A stretch of 63,521 nt of DNA, counting the filler, from Octopus bimaculoides (Eukaryota), in NCBI RefSeq assembly GCF_001194135.2. It is 8 parts of 8 records of this genome, joined end to end, with 100 filler letters (N's around TTAATTAATTAA, not from the genome) between each part and the next. Parts side by side here need not be neighbours in the genome. Positions count along the whole stretch, not along the records: positions 30,630 to 43,932 come from NW_026399831.1; positions 44,033 to 52,800 come from NC_068994.1; 6 more parts are not named here. One strand, written 5' to 3'. Below, piece after piece: positions 38,926 through 52,241 of this stretch (position 1 is its first letter; the number at the start of each line of letters is the position of its first letter). Made by a program: the position numbers and the translations under genes. The notes beneath the pieces are model-generated. The model was not told where the DNA came from. It worked only from the letters and a program-made list of their open reading frames with translations, and searched no databases.

Positions 38926-39425
38926 AACATAATTATTATTATTGTTGTTGTTGTTGTTGAATTTGTCCCTACCCTCAAAATCGATGGTCTCCTATCTCAT
39001 TCGAAAAAAAAATTCTTTTTCTCTTCCTCATCCATCTTCCTATTATTATTATTATTATTATTATTTCCCCCGTTTTCTTAACATTCATAATTAATAACTT
39101 ACCCCTATAAACGTAACCCATTCATTTACCTCCCTTGTGGCCAAATAAAAGAAAAAAAAATCCTCAAAGCGAACAAAACAAAAAAAAAAGAAACAAAACA
39201 AGGAAAAACAACAACTACAAGAACAACAACAAAAAAAAAACAAACACAAAATCTATGTTTGTAGACGCCATGTTTGTTATCAATCTCATAGAACGAAATT
39301 GCTGAACGGATTTCCTTTTCGCTTTTTTATTTTTTATTTTAATGTCTGAATTTTGCAGATACTTTTGTTGCTGTTGTTGTTGTTGTTGCCGCTGTTTCAG
39401 CTGTTGTTGTCGCTGTTCCCGGTAA

Positions 39426-39489
<64 letters not shown>

Positions 39490-40704
39490 GGTTTTGTCTT
39501 TCGTCTTTCGATGCACAGATGCGTACGGCATAGACTGTTGCGTTTGTTACACATTCCGCCACGCTTAACGAAGCAGGCGAAGCAAACCGCAGATGTTTAG
39601 CGCTCCAGACGCTGTGATTATCAGCGAAAGAAATTGCCCGTATGAAATTTCTGTCTATGATGCATGGCGAGTCTCTTTGTGGGTGTGCATCAATTGTCTA
39701 TCTATCTATCCATCTATCTATCTATCTATCTATCTATCTATGTATACACACACATTCACTCACATATATATGCTTTTAGATCCATGTATGTATATGCTTA
39801 TATAGTTATGTGCATATATATATATANNNNNNNNNNNNNNNNNNNNNNNNNNNNNNNNNNNNNNNNNNNNNNNNNNNNNNNNNNNNNNNNNNNNNNNNNN
39901 NNNNNNNNNNNNNNNNNNNNNNNNNNNNNNNNNNNNNNNNNNNNNNNNNNNNNNNNNNNNNNNNNNNNNNNNNNNNNNNNNNNNNNNNNNNNNNNNNNNN
40001 NNNNNNNNNNNNNNNNNNNNNNNNNNNNNNNNNNNNNNNNNNNNNNNNNNNNNNNNNNNNNNNNNNNNNNNNNNNNNNNNNNNNNNNNNNNNNNNNNNNN
40101 NNNNNNNNNNNNNNNNNNNNNNNNNNNNNNNNNNNNNNNNNNNNNNNNNNNNNNNNNNNNNNNNNNNNNNNNNNNNNNNNNNNNNNNNNNNNNNNNNNNN
40201 NNNNNNNNNNNNNNNNNNNNNNNNNNNNNNNNNNNNNNNNNNNNNNNNNNNNNNNNNNNNNNNNNNNNNNNNNNNNNNNNNNNNNNNNNNNNNNNNNNNN
40301 NNNNNNNNNNNNNNNNNNNNNNNNNNNNNNNNNNNNNNNNNNNNNNNNNNNNNNNNNNNNNNNNNNNNNNNNNNNNNNNNNNNNNNNNNNNNNNNNNNNN
40401 NNNNNNNNNNNNNNNNNNNNNNNNNNNNNNNNNNNNNNNNNNNNNNNNNNNNNNNNNNNNNNNNNNNNNNNNNNNNNNNNNNNNNNNNNNNNNNNNNNNN
40501 NNNNNNNNNNNNNNNNNNNNNNNNNNNNNNNNNNNNNNNNNNNNNNNNNNNNNNNNNNNNNNNNNNNNNNNNNNNNNNNNNNNNNNNNNNNNNNNNNNNN
40601 NNNNNNNNNNNNNNNNNNNNNNNNNNNNNNNNNNNNNNNNNNNNNNNNNNNNNNNNNNNNNNNNNNNNNNNNNNNNNNNNNNNNNNNNNNNNNNNNNNNN
40701 NNNN

Positions 40705-40738
<34 letters not shown>

Positions 40739-40809
40739 CTTGGGTTGTTGCAACAAAGTTTCCGTTAGTCAGATTCAGTCTCACGTCATGCATTTTCGAT
40801 TTGAGGTTA

Positions 40810-40908
40810 TTATAGAAGACTCGGTTCGAGGTTATTCCAGGACATGAGCCAGAAAACGCGTGCTTGCTTGCAAAAGCGAGTTTCTTTACCACACAGCCAT
40901 TCCTGCAT
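40810..40908 (-). mobile_element. SINE family C head, degenerate
   Basis: ctttaccacacagccattcctgca. Confidence 0.5.
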
Positions 40909-42726
40909 CAAAATCCTAGAAGACAATTCCAAAGCCTCCACCTAAATACCACAACGCTGACGTTTAAATTACTCAAATTCACCTGAGTCTTTAATTAAAG
41001 GTATTAAGATTATCGATTATCAAGAGGATTAAGAATTGATTAATCTTTCGCACTACATTTCAAATAACATAGAGATTTATTCGGCGTTTTCTTGTTGATT
41101 GATCGATCAGTTGATTGCTTATGAAAGGAAATCGATCGATAATCATTGAAGCGATAACGATCTGATAACTAATTGTATGAGATCAGGAACGACAAGAAAT
41201 TCTTAAGTGAGCAGCAAAATCGAACGTATTGATGAAAAATCGAACATATGGATATTAGCCAATGATGGAGAGAATCGTATTGAAAGGATACAGAGATGGT
41301 TCATCTCTCAACCATGGTGAACAGCGATTAAAAAATTTGAACTAGATAGATAGTTAGATAGACAGAAGTAGGAGAGAGACACACACACAAATAGCAATTT
41401 AAAATTCCAATCGAGCGAAATAACATATATATCTAGAATACTTTTAGATAAGTAAAATAGTAATACACAATTGTGGAGAAAATTTAATGAATGATATAAA
41501 TTTAGCTGTAGATTTAATGAAATTATGATTTTTATGAAACGGAATTATCATCTCGTTTTTAATTAGCCAAATGAACCCTCTATAAACATTGACATATTGC
41601 CCGTAAAAATGGCCACATGCGCGGTCGAGCAAACAGCAAGATTAGAGAGTGTGTGGTTATTACGATAAAAATCGTTATACGCTGGCGATGAAGGATCGGA
41701 AAGGATAATCTCCTATTCGGCGCGAGGTGGCGCTTGATTACGAGTGTAGGGTTAGGGTTATGAGTAATGAAATCGATCTAACTTTGATTGGTATTGACTT
41801 CATTGATACATGCAGACATAGGCTGTAGTACCTGCATTTACACACACACAGACACACACACACGTACACACACACACGTACACACACACACATATATACG
41901 CATATTTCTAAACAGAACTTGTATACGAAATACGCATATAAATATATAATTGTGTGTGTGTGTGTGTGTACGTGCGTGTATGAATGTGGGGTGTTTCTAT
42001 GTGCTTGCCTAAGGAATGCGTGTGTGACATTCACTGCACATAAGCTGCATTTTGTGCTCATGTGTGTATGTATGAATATATATATATATATATATATATA
42101 TANNNNNNNNNNNNNNNNNNNNNNNNNNNNNNNNNNNNNNNNNNNNNNNNNNNNNNNNNNNNNNNNNNNNNNNNNNNNNNNNNNNNNNNNNNNNNNNNNN
42201 NNNNNNNNNNNNNNNNNNNNNNNNNNNNNNNNNNNNNNNNNNNNNNNNNNNNNNNNNNNNNNNNNNNNNNNNNNNNNNNNNNNNNNNNNNNNNNNNNNNN
42301 NNNNNNNNNNNNNNNNNNNNNNNNNNNNNNNNNNNNNNNNNNNNNNNNNNNNNNNNNNNNNNNNNNNNNNNNNNNNNNNNNNNNNNNNNNNNNNNNNNNN
42401 NNNNNNNNNNNNNNNNNNNNNNNNNNNNNNNNNNNNNNNNNNNNNNNNNNNNNNNNNNNNNNNNNNNNNNNNNNNNNNNNNNNNNNNNNNNNNNNNNNNN
42501 NNNNNNNNNNNNNNNNNNNNNNNNNNNNNNNNNNNNNNNNNNNNNNNNNNNNNNNNNNNNNNNNNNNNNNNNNNNNNNNNNNNNNNNNNNNNNNNNNNNN
42601 AGTAGTAGTAGATGTTGTTGTTGTTGTTGTTGTTATTGTAGTGGTGGTGGTGGTTGTGTTAGTGGTATTGATTCGTGTATTTAGACATTGTTGATCTTGT
42701 GTTTTTAATCATCATATTCATTATCA

Positions 42727-42757
<31 letters not shown>

Positions 42758-43325
42758 CATCATTATTATTATTATTATTATCATTATTATTATTATCATT
42801 ATTATTATTGTTGTCTTTTTGTTGACGTTAGTATGATCTCCATCATTATCATCATCTATGTCACCATCACACTCGTTAGTTGCCCCTCTGGCAGACAAAG
42901 ATTTCTTCATCATCCCCATTATTATTATTATTATCAATAGTAGTAGTAGTATCGTCATAATAATCACCCTCATGACCTGCCCCTGTGGCAGATAAAGGAT
43001 ATTATAACGATTATTACCATCATTATCATCATCATAATCATCATAATCATCATCATTATTATTATTATTATTATTAATATTTTCATCAGCATCATCACCA
43101 TCATTCTCGTTAACTGCCCCTGGTAGCAGATAAAAAGAAATTATTATTATATCATCATCATCATCATCATCATCGTTAATTTTATTATTATTATTATTAT
43201 TATTATCATTATTATCAATGATATAAGTAATTTCATATTTATTTTTAAATATTTCATATTTTTTTACTGTATTTTTCCTAGATATTATCTCCACCTCTCC
43301 TCTCACCCCCTCTCTTTCTCTTTCT

Positions 43326-43370
<45 letters not shown>

Positions 43371-43456
43371 CTTCCTCTAACTCTCTTCCAAATTCTCCCT
43401 TCCGGATAATCAGATGTTTGCCAAATAGTCATGCGAATTCGTAAAGGTTAAATGAC

Positions 43457-43501
<45 letters not shown>

Positions 43502-43644
43502 TAATAATAATTAAAATTTCAAGTATATATTTATATATATGAGTGTGTAGTGTGTGCTTGTGTGTTTATGTGTATACATGTATGTATGTAAATTCATATA
43601 TGCATATGTTTATATGCGTATGTACACACACTCACGTTATATAT

Positions 43645-43683
<39 letters not shown>

Positions 43684-43745
43684 GAAGATGTAATTGCTAC
43701 ACGAGGAAACCGGCAGTGTTTCTACCGGATAAAGTATAACGGATT

Positions 43746-43797
43746 CATTCTTACAAGTGCACCCCATTTTGGTAGTTTACATACCTCTTCAGGAATA
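43746..43797 (-). ncRNA. Degenerate hammerhead-like motif
   Basis: UAUUC-CUGAAGA-GGUA/UGUAAAC/UACC-AAAA (G12 lost)...GUA-A-GAAUG. Confidence 0.4.
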
Positions 43798-44121
43798 TGT
43801 CAAAAGCTGAACATAGTTACATGTTGAAAAGCTTACAAAAAATTTGCACACATGCGCATATAACTATTTTAACTCTTTTACTCGTTTCAGCAATATGGCT
43901 GTAGTCATGCTGGAGCACCACCAGATATATATNNNNNNNNNNNNNNNNNNNNNNNNNNNNNNNNNNNNNNNNNNNNTTAATTAATTAANNNNNNNNNNNN
44001 NNNNNNNNNNNNNNNNNNNNNNNNNNNNNNNNGTCCTAGAATGTTACGGCTGGAATGTCGTTGATTTATAGGTCTATGCGATGAGAGTTGATCTGGAGAT
44101 AAAGAATAACAACAATAACAA

Positions 44122-44425
44122 CAAAAATGAGAATATCTGAAACAAACTCGACTGCTCTCACAAACGAGAATACTAAAAATGAACCCAACTGCTTTCAAAA
44201 ATTAAGCAAAAAAAAAACAAACAAACAAAAAACAAAAAAAAAACGGATAAATAATCTAGAATCTTTGCCCGGTACCGGATTGATCCACAAATCTAATCAG
44301 TTCGTGCCAGTCATGAGGCCAAACATCCCTGAAAGTTTCATTTGAATCCATCCCGCGGGACTTGAGATATCTTGTCCACGAACAAAGAAACAAACAAACG
44401 CGACTGAAAGCAATACCACCGCCTT
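44122..44425 (-). mobile_element. Helentron-associated non-autonomous element (HINE-like), partial
   Basis: reverse complement aligns with 57584-57850 (ggacaagatatctcaag...gaaactttcagggatg). Confidence 0.7.
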
Positions 44426-44494
44426 CGCTCATAATATACATAATCACCAGCAAACATCAGTAACAACAAGGAAACAAGGAAGCTTTCACGTAGT

Positions 44495-44695
44495 CGTGAC
44501 TTGCTAGAAATGGCAGTCAAATTACACCTCGAATTAAACCTAACCGTCTTTGGAAACAGACACTAGTTAATAATGTGGTAATGGGTTCCTGGTCTATCGG
44601 CGAGGGGGGGGATGTCGGGATGGTCACGGCTGGTATGCTATTGGTAATAGGTCTATCCTCGACGAGGGCTGTCCTGTAGTTAAACAACAACAATA
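44495..44695 (+). mobile_element. Interspersed repeat with (AAC)n tail (SINE-like family X)
   Basis: ctagaaatggcagtcaaat...gggatggtcacggctgg; related pieces at 18215-18360, 44033-44115, 48625-48695. Confidence 0.55.
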
Positions 44696-44974
44696 ACAGA
44701 ATAACAGTCGCTGCAACAACAGCAGCAGCAGCAGCAACAAAACGACGAGAACGATAACAAGACCACAAATCCTACCCGTATCTCAGCCCTACCCGTATCT
44801 NNNNNNNNNNATACCCGGAGAGAAGAGTTTGGTAAATAAATCTTTATACTTCCCTTCCAGGTTGAAGAATTCACAAGAGTTTGAATAATTAGCGTAGGAG
44901 CAGAAATGGAATGTGAAAAAGGGCGAATTCCAGGACAAACTGTTTTATTTATTTATTTATTTATTTATTCATTT

Positions 44975-45014
<40 letters not shown>

Positions 45015-45482
45015 GTGTGCGTGAAGACGGTTAGGTGGTTGGTGGTTGTAAGATAAACGAAAATAGCGCGACACATTACATACATTCGAATGTATGTATG
45101 CATGTACGTATGTATGTATGTAACGTACGTAAGTATGTATGTATGTGTGTGTGTATGTATGTATGTATGTGTGTATGTATGTATGTATGTATGTATGTAT
45201 GTGTGTATGTGTGTGTATGTATGTATGTAAGTATGTATGCATATATGTGTGTATGTATGTATGTATGTATATACGTATGTATACATGTACGTATATAACG
45301 TAAGTACGTTCATACATATGTATGTATGTACGCACGTATGTAACGTACGTAAGTACGTACGTACGTATGTATGTATTTATGCATGTATGTATGTATATAT
45401 ATATGTATGTGTGTATGTATATATTTATGCATGTATGTATATAGGTATATGTATGTATAATATACACTGGCATTTATATGTA

Positions 45483-45632
45483 CCAGTGCGTGACTGGTAC
45501 TTAATTTATCGATCCCGAAAGGATGAAAGGTAAAGTCGACCTCGGCGGAATTTGAACTCAGAACGTAACGGCAGACGAAATACCCCTATGCATTTCGCCC
45601 GGGGTGCTAACGATTCTGCCAGCTCACCGCCT
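45483..45632 (-). mobile_element. SINE family A
   Basis: near-consensus aaagtcgacctcggcggaatttgaactcagaacg. Confidence 0.9.
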
Positions 45633-45639
45633 TATTTTA

Positions 45640-46550
45640 GTTTCTATCAAGTCTCTTGGGTATCCTTTTTCACATTACCGTCGACCATGCATAGTACATT
45701 GGGGTCCCGCAACATACTTTTTATAACAATCGAAATATTCTTGGTTGTTCTGAAAATACGAATCTTTCATATACTTCTGGATCTAACTTATAATCCTTTC
45801 TTATTATGACTAAGAAATGACAATGGGATAAGCCACGTTTCTGAAACTTGATATTCCACATGTGCCCTACAACCGTTTCAAGAAAGCCGTTTACCAATAT
45901 ACCGTTTAATATATTGCTAGGGGTCGATGCAACCGACTTCCCGACTCCCCGAAATTCCTGGCCCTCTGCCAAAATTTGAAACCAATATATTGTTAAGTTT
46001 CATAAAGATGTTTCTATTCATTAAATCTGGATAAACATTTGAAATGTCTTTCCATTTCGGATTACATGTCAAAGCAACGAAACAAATCTGGTTTTCCTAT
46101 CGTTTCTACAATAACCATGGCGCCTTGATATAAATGCCTGAGCCTCTCGTAGGCCTCATATAAACGTTGGGAGTATTGCTATACGAAGTCCATGTGATCA
46201 TATATGGTGTGATACAACACAGCTCTAAGTTGTTCACGATAAGATCTTATCATCGACTGTAATCTAGCTTTTTCAATTTTAGAATACATATCACAATATT
46301 ATTCTTAGGTTAAACGACCTGAGCAGTGAAGATAATTGAAAACATTTTCACGTAGCTTTAAGCCTATGTTTATAATGAGAAAATGTAATTTTAATATTTT
46401 TTTCCCTGCAACATTACATGCTAAACCAAGTTTTCATCTTTTTTTACCAAATAGAAATAGCAAATTAAAGTGCAGTGGGTTACAATTTGGATAAACAGAT
46501 GTGATTGTTTCAAGTGAAGGCTCCTGTACAACACCCCGTTTACATAACCT
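45640..46550 (-). pseudogene. Helitron Rep (HUH) domain remnant
   Basis: HCSGRL...DMYSKIEKARL...LYQGAMVIVETIGKPDLF..LTCNPKW...NIKFQKRGLSHCHF...CMVDG are Helitron Rep blocks; not fully reported by the ORF track because of stops and frameshifts. Confidence 0.88.
45917..45983 (+). mobile_element. 5'-truncated SINE family A with 9-bp TSD inside the Helitron
   Basis: aatatattg at 45908-45916 and 45984-45992. Confidence 0.75.
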
Positions 46551-46558
46551 AATAACTA

Positions 46559-46860
46559 ACTGGCGCTTCGTCGGTTACGACGACGAGGGTTCCAGTTGAC
46601 CCAATCAACGAAACACCTTGCTCGTGAAATTAACGTGCAAGTGGTTGAGCACTCCGTAGACACACATACCGTTCTCAGGGAGATTCAGCGCAACACAGAA
46701 TGTGACAATGCTGTCCCTTTGAAACACAGGTACTACTAATTTTTGCCAGCTGAATGGACTGGAGAAGAGGGAAATAAAGTGTCTTGCTCAAGGATACATT
46801 GCTCCACCGGAATCGAACTTACGACCCGACGATGGCGAACCGAATGCATTAACCCAATAA
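46559..46860 (-). mobile_element. SINE family D (CORE-like domain)
   Basis: minus strand gttcgattcc...ccttgagcaagacactttattt...gtcgtaaccgacgaag. Confidence 0.7.
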
Positions 46861-46916
46861 ATCGTTCCTGTTGTAGGTCTTTTAAGTTAGTATTTGATAG
46901 AATTACTGCAACTTTG

Positions 46917-47129
46917 AAGGCAGCGAGCTGGTAGAATCGTTAGCACGCCGGGCGAAATTCTAAGTGGCATTTCGACCCCAGTGTTTCACTGGTACTTAAT
47001 TTATCGACCCCAAAAGGATGAAAGGCAAAGTCGATCCCGGCGGAAATTGAATTCAGAACGTAAAGACGGACGAAATGCCGCCAAGCATTTTGTCCGGCGT
47101 GTTAACGATTTTCCCCAGCTCGCCGCCTT
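46917..47129. mobile_element. SINE family A head (+) fused to an inverted family A copy (-)
   Basis: + head 46917-46974, minus copy 46972-47129. Confidence 0.8.
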
Positions 47130-47164
47130 ACAATAGTATATGATAATGGTTTCTTTTATTTATA

Positions 47165-47935
47165 TAAATAATGAACAAAAACAATAATAAAGAGCTGCAC
47201 AATCGGCATTTCAGACAAACGCAAGATGTTGCAGCCGACAGATCTTGTTTATGGCTGAAGAATGGAAAATTCAAGAAAGAAACGGAAGGGTTCATTATGG
47301 CTGCTCCGAACCAGTCGTTACGAACGAATGTCATTAAAACAAGAATAGACAGAACCGCATGAGAAGTGTTAAGTGCAGAATGTCTAACGAGAAAGGTGAA
47401 TCCGTTGTACATTCTATAAGTATTTGTAATCATTTGGTACAGAAAGAATATAAATGCAGACAAGATGGTGTCGTGTCGGCAAAACATTACGCTGGGACAT
47501 ATTACGTCAAAAGAGTTTTGAAGTAAGCGGGAAATGATATCAACATCAACTGCTGAGTATGACGGAGAATGATCGGTTTAAGGTCTTATGGGATTTTACT
47601 GTGCAGACGACCAGATATTATCATACTGGGCTATGTGTCAAAAGAGTGCATCATCATAGATGTGGTCGTGCCTGTTGATATGAATGAAGCAGTTAAAGAA
47701 CAGGAAAAAAACGAAAAGAAAATACCAAGACTTAACAAGGGAAATTCGAAGCTTGTTGGAAGTTCTCTGCAAAAGTAATCTTAAGTTATAGGCGCCCAGC
47801 AGACTTGGTAGTTTCTTTAATAAAATCAGAGGAACTACGAGAATCACACTAATGCACAAAACTATTCTACTAGGAACGGCAAGGATTGTTCGAGAGGTTC
47901 CCGATATCTAAGGAAACTAGTTGTGACCCGGTGTC
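47165..47935 (+). pseudogene. R4/Dong ORF C-terminal remnant (Zn knuckle + restriction-like endonuclease)
   Basis: WLKNGKFKKETEGFIMAA..SLRTN, KCRMSNEKGESVVHSISIC..QKEYKCRQD, RRPDIII..CIIIDVVVP, LLGTARIVR. Confidence 0.85.
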
Positions 47936-48025
47936 AAGGACATTGATTCCAAATGTAACACAGTACATATTTATGTAGTATGGGCACAAGTCCTCGTATT
48001 ACGACAAAGAGATAGGCGTTACGTG

Positions 48026-48064
<39 letters not shown>

Positions 48065-48389
48065 ATACCCTAACAGTAGCATAGTGTACTAAAGACGGAA
48101 TCGAGAAGACGTTTTGATTGGTTGATTCGTTGATGACTGTCTGGTGACTGTTAGGAAATTATAATTAGTTACAGGTTTATCTCTATGGAAACTCATTCTT
48201 ACAGAAAGCTCTCTCGGAGTTGATGCGATGTGGATGGTAGGTTAGCAGATGATGGGGGTGGCGGTGGTGGTGGTGGTGGGCAAACAAAACGCTGACATAT
48301 TTGATAATTTTCTATTTTTATGTGTACGAATGTGTACGAGTATGCATATATACGAGTGCGTTTTGTGTATTTCTTTGTGCATGTGTGTG

Positions 48390-48431
<42 letters not shown>

Positions 48432-48859
48432 CGTGTTGGCTAAATTGTACAAGGAAAATGTCTGGAATATATCTGAAAAACAATTTCTGCGCAGTGTTGT
48501 TTGTAACGTTGTTTAGGTGTAAAGGTCAGAGAGGTCATCATTGTACTAAGACAACAGTGAAAGCAATTACCACAACAACAACAGCAACAATAACAACAGC
48601 TGCAGTGCTCAGTCAACAAAGAGGAGCCTCTACGTGGTCGCTCGACCTGTTAAAAATAGTAAACAAATCGACTTCAAATCACTCTCTACCGCTTAAACCA
48701 GAAGTTTTCAATCATTTTGTTTTAATCTATGGACGCCTTTGATTACTATTTTATTTTGGTGGACCCCCATAACCATTCAATGTTTAAAAACTAGTTTTAT
48801 AGATACTCCTTTTAAAATTCCTATTTTGTTTTTTCACAAATTAACTTGTGTAGGTTGAA

Positions 48860-49160
48860 CAATGTTAGAGAAAGAAACATGGCTGTTTCTTGCAATACAT
48901 ACCAATACACAGTGTCCATTGCTTTGATCTTCTCTTCTGAGTAGAACGGCTGTTATTTTAGAAGTAGAAATATAATTTCCCTTCGAGTCTAAATCAACGC
49001 CCAAATTGAAATAATGTGTTACAGTTGCTAAATGAGATATCTTTGTATGTAAATTATAACCGTACTTATGCAGCAAACTCTGCAGGAGTATCAGCGTTGG
49101 TTTACTCATTGAGATGTGGTATAATGCACATTCGATGTTCTTTTTGAACGTCTGTATCAT
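48860..49160 (-). pseudogene. Possible decayed R4-type RT fragment
   Basis: PTLILLQSLLHKYGYNLHTKISHL resembles PLS.LL...GY.L..KISHLL; catalytic DD not seen. Confidence 0.35.
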
Positions 49161-50891
49161 ATGTGATTTTGATGGACAAAAGACGATGTTTGATTATAAT
49201 CCAGTGATAACATGTAGCACATTGAAATATTATTGTGTACGCACCATCTCTGTTTGAAGCCAGTTCCTGATCATTGGGTTTTTGTGGTTCAAACAGGAGG
49301 AAAGAGCTGTGTCCACTGGGCTCACACACTCTCAGGGACAAATGAGACGGTCATGGTTGAAGTTTTACTTGAACAACAGCAAACTGAAGGCTGCAGAAAA
49401 AAACAAAAACAAAACAAAACAAGGTCTCTTTGGTGAAGATTTGAAGACATTGTTCTCGAGAGGAAGGACTGGTTGATGCAGAATTTGCAGGATTGGCAGG
49501 GGTGCACAATATGGACGACAAGATTAGAAGAGACTAGTGACTAAGTTGTGTCTGAATGGAAATGCTTCGAGATCAGCCAATACAGAGGAAAAAAGGCCAT
49601 CGTCATAGCAGTACAAGAGGCTGAGGGATGAGATAGAATATTCGTGGACAAGTGTTGTGTCTACGAACGAAATTCAGAGTTGCTTCAAACTAAATTCAAA
49701 AGTTCCAGAAATTCCAACAGTTAGAGATTGCTTCAATTTTCTATTTGCTTAACAATGTTGAAACTTCATATTTAAGCGGTTGAACCACTTTTACACGTTA
49801 TTCAGAACAAATCATTTAAATACGACATAACTGATGTCTGACATCTTGCACAAACACAACTTGAGCTCGCTATCATCAAGAAAGCATAGGGAGCGAAGGC
49901 AGTTTGAACTCGCTGCTTTTTCAACAAACATACGTACGTATATTTCTTCGAGACTCTACCATTGTATTTGCATTATTTTGTCTTTAACAATTCATGCAGG
50001 AGTATCTCGATTGGTTTGCACCAATTGTAACTGTCTGTTATTCTTTGTTCTTCGATCTATATCTGTTGCCTGTCACTGTTATCTTTTTGAGTCTTCCGCA
50101 CAGGACTACCATCTCATGTACCAATAACTGTCGCACACGTTGGGTTTCTCTCATTAACATCTCTTTGTCTTTTCAATTTTTGCTTGAAAAATTTTTGCTT
50201 GTCTCTCCATTTACTTTTTAACGATAGCATCTTAGTCTTTCTCGTTCCAGCGATGTGTTTTTTCTTTCCGATGCTAATTTCTTATCCGTAATATATACGT
50301 ATAGAAAAAACAAAACAAACTGTCCCGGTAGGCAATACAGTGTAATACGATAGCTTTGGTTAATTATAGCAGTTAACAGTTAACTGTGTATCGTTTGCTT
50401 AAGCAAAATTGCTTACTCTGTCTGTTGTGATCGGTTTATGGCTACAGTTATTAAAACAAGTTTCCTTGTGAGAAACAGAGAAGAGAAAAAAACAGTCCTC
50501 ACAAAAAATAAGAAAAGGTTGTCTTGAGAGAGAAAAACGCCACTTGCATAAACAAACGATGATTTTTCTATAATTATACAGAACAGTTTATATGCATTTA
50601 AAATTCCCACTAGAAAAAAATATTGCTTGTGGTATTAGTGGCACGGATAGTGGTGGAATGGCAGGTTAGAGATGGCGACGCCTCTAAAATAATAATAATA
50701 TACAAAAGCAGGGCAGTAGTGTCAGTTTAAAGGCAAATGTTAGAGGCAACCTGCCTTGCTAAATGTCATTGCGAAAACCACTCGAAACGGAAGCTACCAT
50801 CGCGTAAGGGTGACCTGCAGGTCAAAGTATTATTTGGGGTTATGGTTATTATGCACCCTACACATATAGACAGACACGCACACGCACAAAC

Positions 50892-50943
<52 letters not shown>

Positions 50944-50947
<4 letters not shown>

Positions 50948-51087
50948 GGCCCAGTGGTTAGGGCAGCGGACTCGCGGTCATAGGATCGCGGTTTCGATTC
51001 CCAGACCGGGCGTTGTGAGTGTTTATTGAGCGAAAACACCTAAAGCTCCACGAGGATCCGGCAGGGGATGGTGGCGAACCCTGCTGT
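50944..51087 (+). mobile_element. SINE (tRNA head), 5' part, runs into a gap
   Basis: A box tggcccagtggttag, B box ggtttcgattccc; no tRNA 3' acceptor arm. Confidence 0.8.
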
Positions 51088-51782
51088 NNNNNNNNNNNNN
51101 NNNNNNNNNNNNNNNNNNNNNNNNNNNNNNNNNNNNNNNNNNNNNNNNNNNNNNNNNNNNNNNNNNNNNNNNNNNNNNNNNNNNNNNNNNNNNNNNNNNN
51201 NNNNNNNNNNNNNNNNNNNNNNNNNNNNNNNNNNNNNNNNNNNNNNNNNNNNNNNNNNNNNNNNNNNNNNNNNNNNNNNNNNNNNNNNNNNNNNNNNNNN
51301 NNNNNNNNNNNNNNNNNNNNNNNNNNNNNNNNNNNNNNNNNNNNNNNNNNNNNNNNNNNNNNNNNNNNNNNNNNNNNNNNNNNNNNNNNNNNNNNNNNNN
51401 NNNNNNNNNNNNNNNNNNNNNNNNNNNNNNNNNNNNNNNNNNNNNNNNNNNNNNNNNNNNNNNNNNNNNNNNNNNNNNNNNNNNNNNNNNNNNNNNNNNN
51501 NNNNNNNNNNNNNNNNNNNNNNNNNNNNNNNNNNNNNNNNNNNNNNNNNNNNNNNNNNNNNNNNNNNNNNNNNNNNNNNNNNNNNNNNNNNNNNNNNNNN
51601 NNNNNNNNNNNNNNNNNNNNNNNNNNNNNNNNNNNNNNNNNNNNNNNNNNNNNNNNNNNNNNNNNNNNNNNNNTGCTTAATATGTTTTGCTAAAATTGCT
51701 TTCTTTTCAGATATCAGAAGAAAAAGGGATTTGAAATTCATTAAAATCACAGATCTGTCGGATTTAATTAAGGGATGTCCTA

Positions 51783-51841
<59 letters not shown>

Positions 51842-51844
51842 GGG

Positions 51845-52023
51845 TTTTAGATTTTGGTACAAAGCCATCAGGTTTGGGGTAGGAGGGAAAGTCAATAAGA
51901 TGGATTCCAGTGTTCAACTGGTACGTATTTTATCGATCCTGGAAGGATGAAAGGCAAAGTCGACCTCGGCGAAATTTGAACTCAGAACGTAGCGACGGGC
52001 TAAGCATTTCGTCCAGCGTGCTA
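51845..52023 (-). mobile_element. SINE family A between (AAT)n tracts
   Basis: ggatgaaaggcaaagtcgacctcggcgaaatttgaactcagaacg. Confidence 0.85.
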
Positions 52024-52024
52024 C

Positions 52025-52104
<80 letters not shown>

Positions 52105-52204
52105 CGACGACAATAATGATGGTTGTTGATTTCGACGTGTATGAAGGAGAGGATTTAAGGAAAATAAAAGAAAAAAAAATGTGGGGAAAAAGAGAAAACA
52201 ACTT

Positions 52205-52241
<37 letters not shown>

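Noticed and set aside
39664-40892. 300+ aa ORFs
   Set aside because: Almost entirely N-gap translated as X; the same applies to ORFs across 11976-12532, 13197-13929, 23170-23900, 51088-51673 and 59618-60176
41746-41760. Telomeric repeat (tagggttagggtta)
   Set aside because: Only about two units; expected by chance
42881-43136. CTCF-site cluster
   Set aside because: Motifs are one base short of the TGCCCCCTGGTGG spacing and mismatch at key positions
49233-49720. LINE ORF2 remnant
   Set aside because: No convincing conserved block in any frame
50944-51020. tRNA gene
   Set aside because: A and B boxes are present but the sequence runs into a SINE body without an acceptor-stem 3' arm; the same holds for 3033, 5209 and 30050
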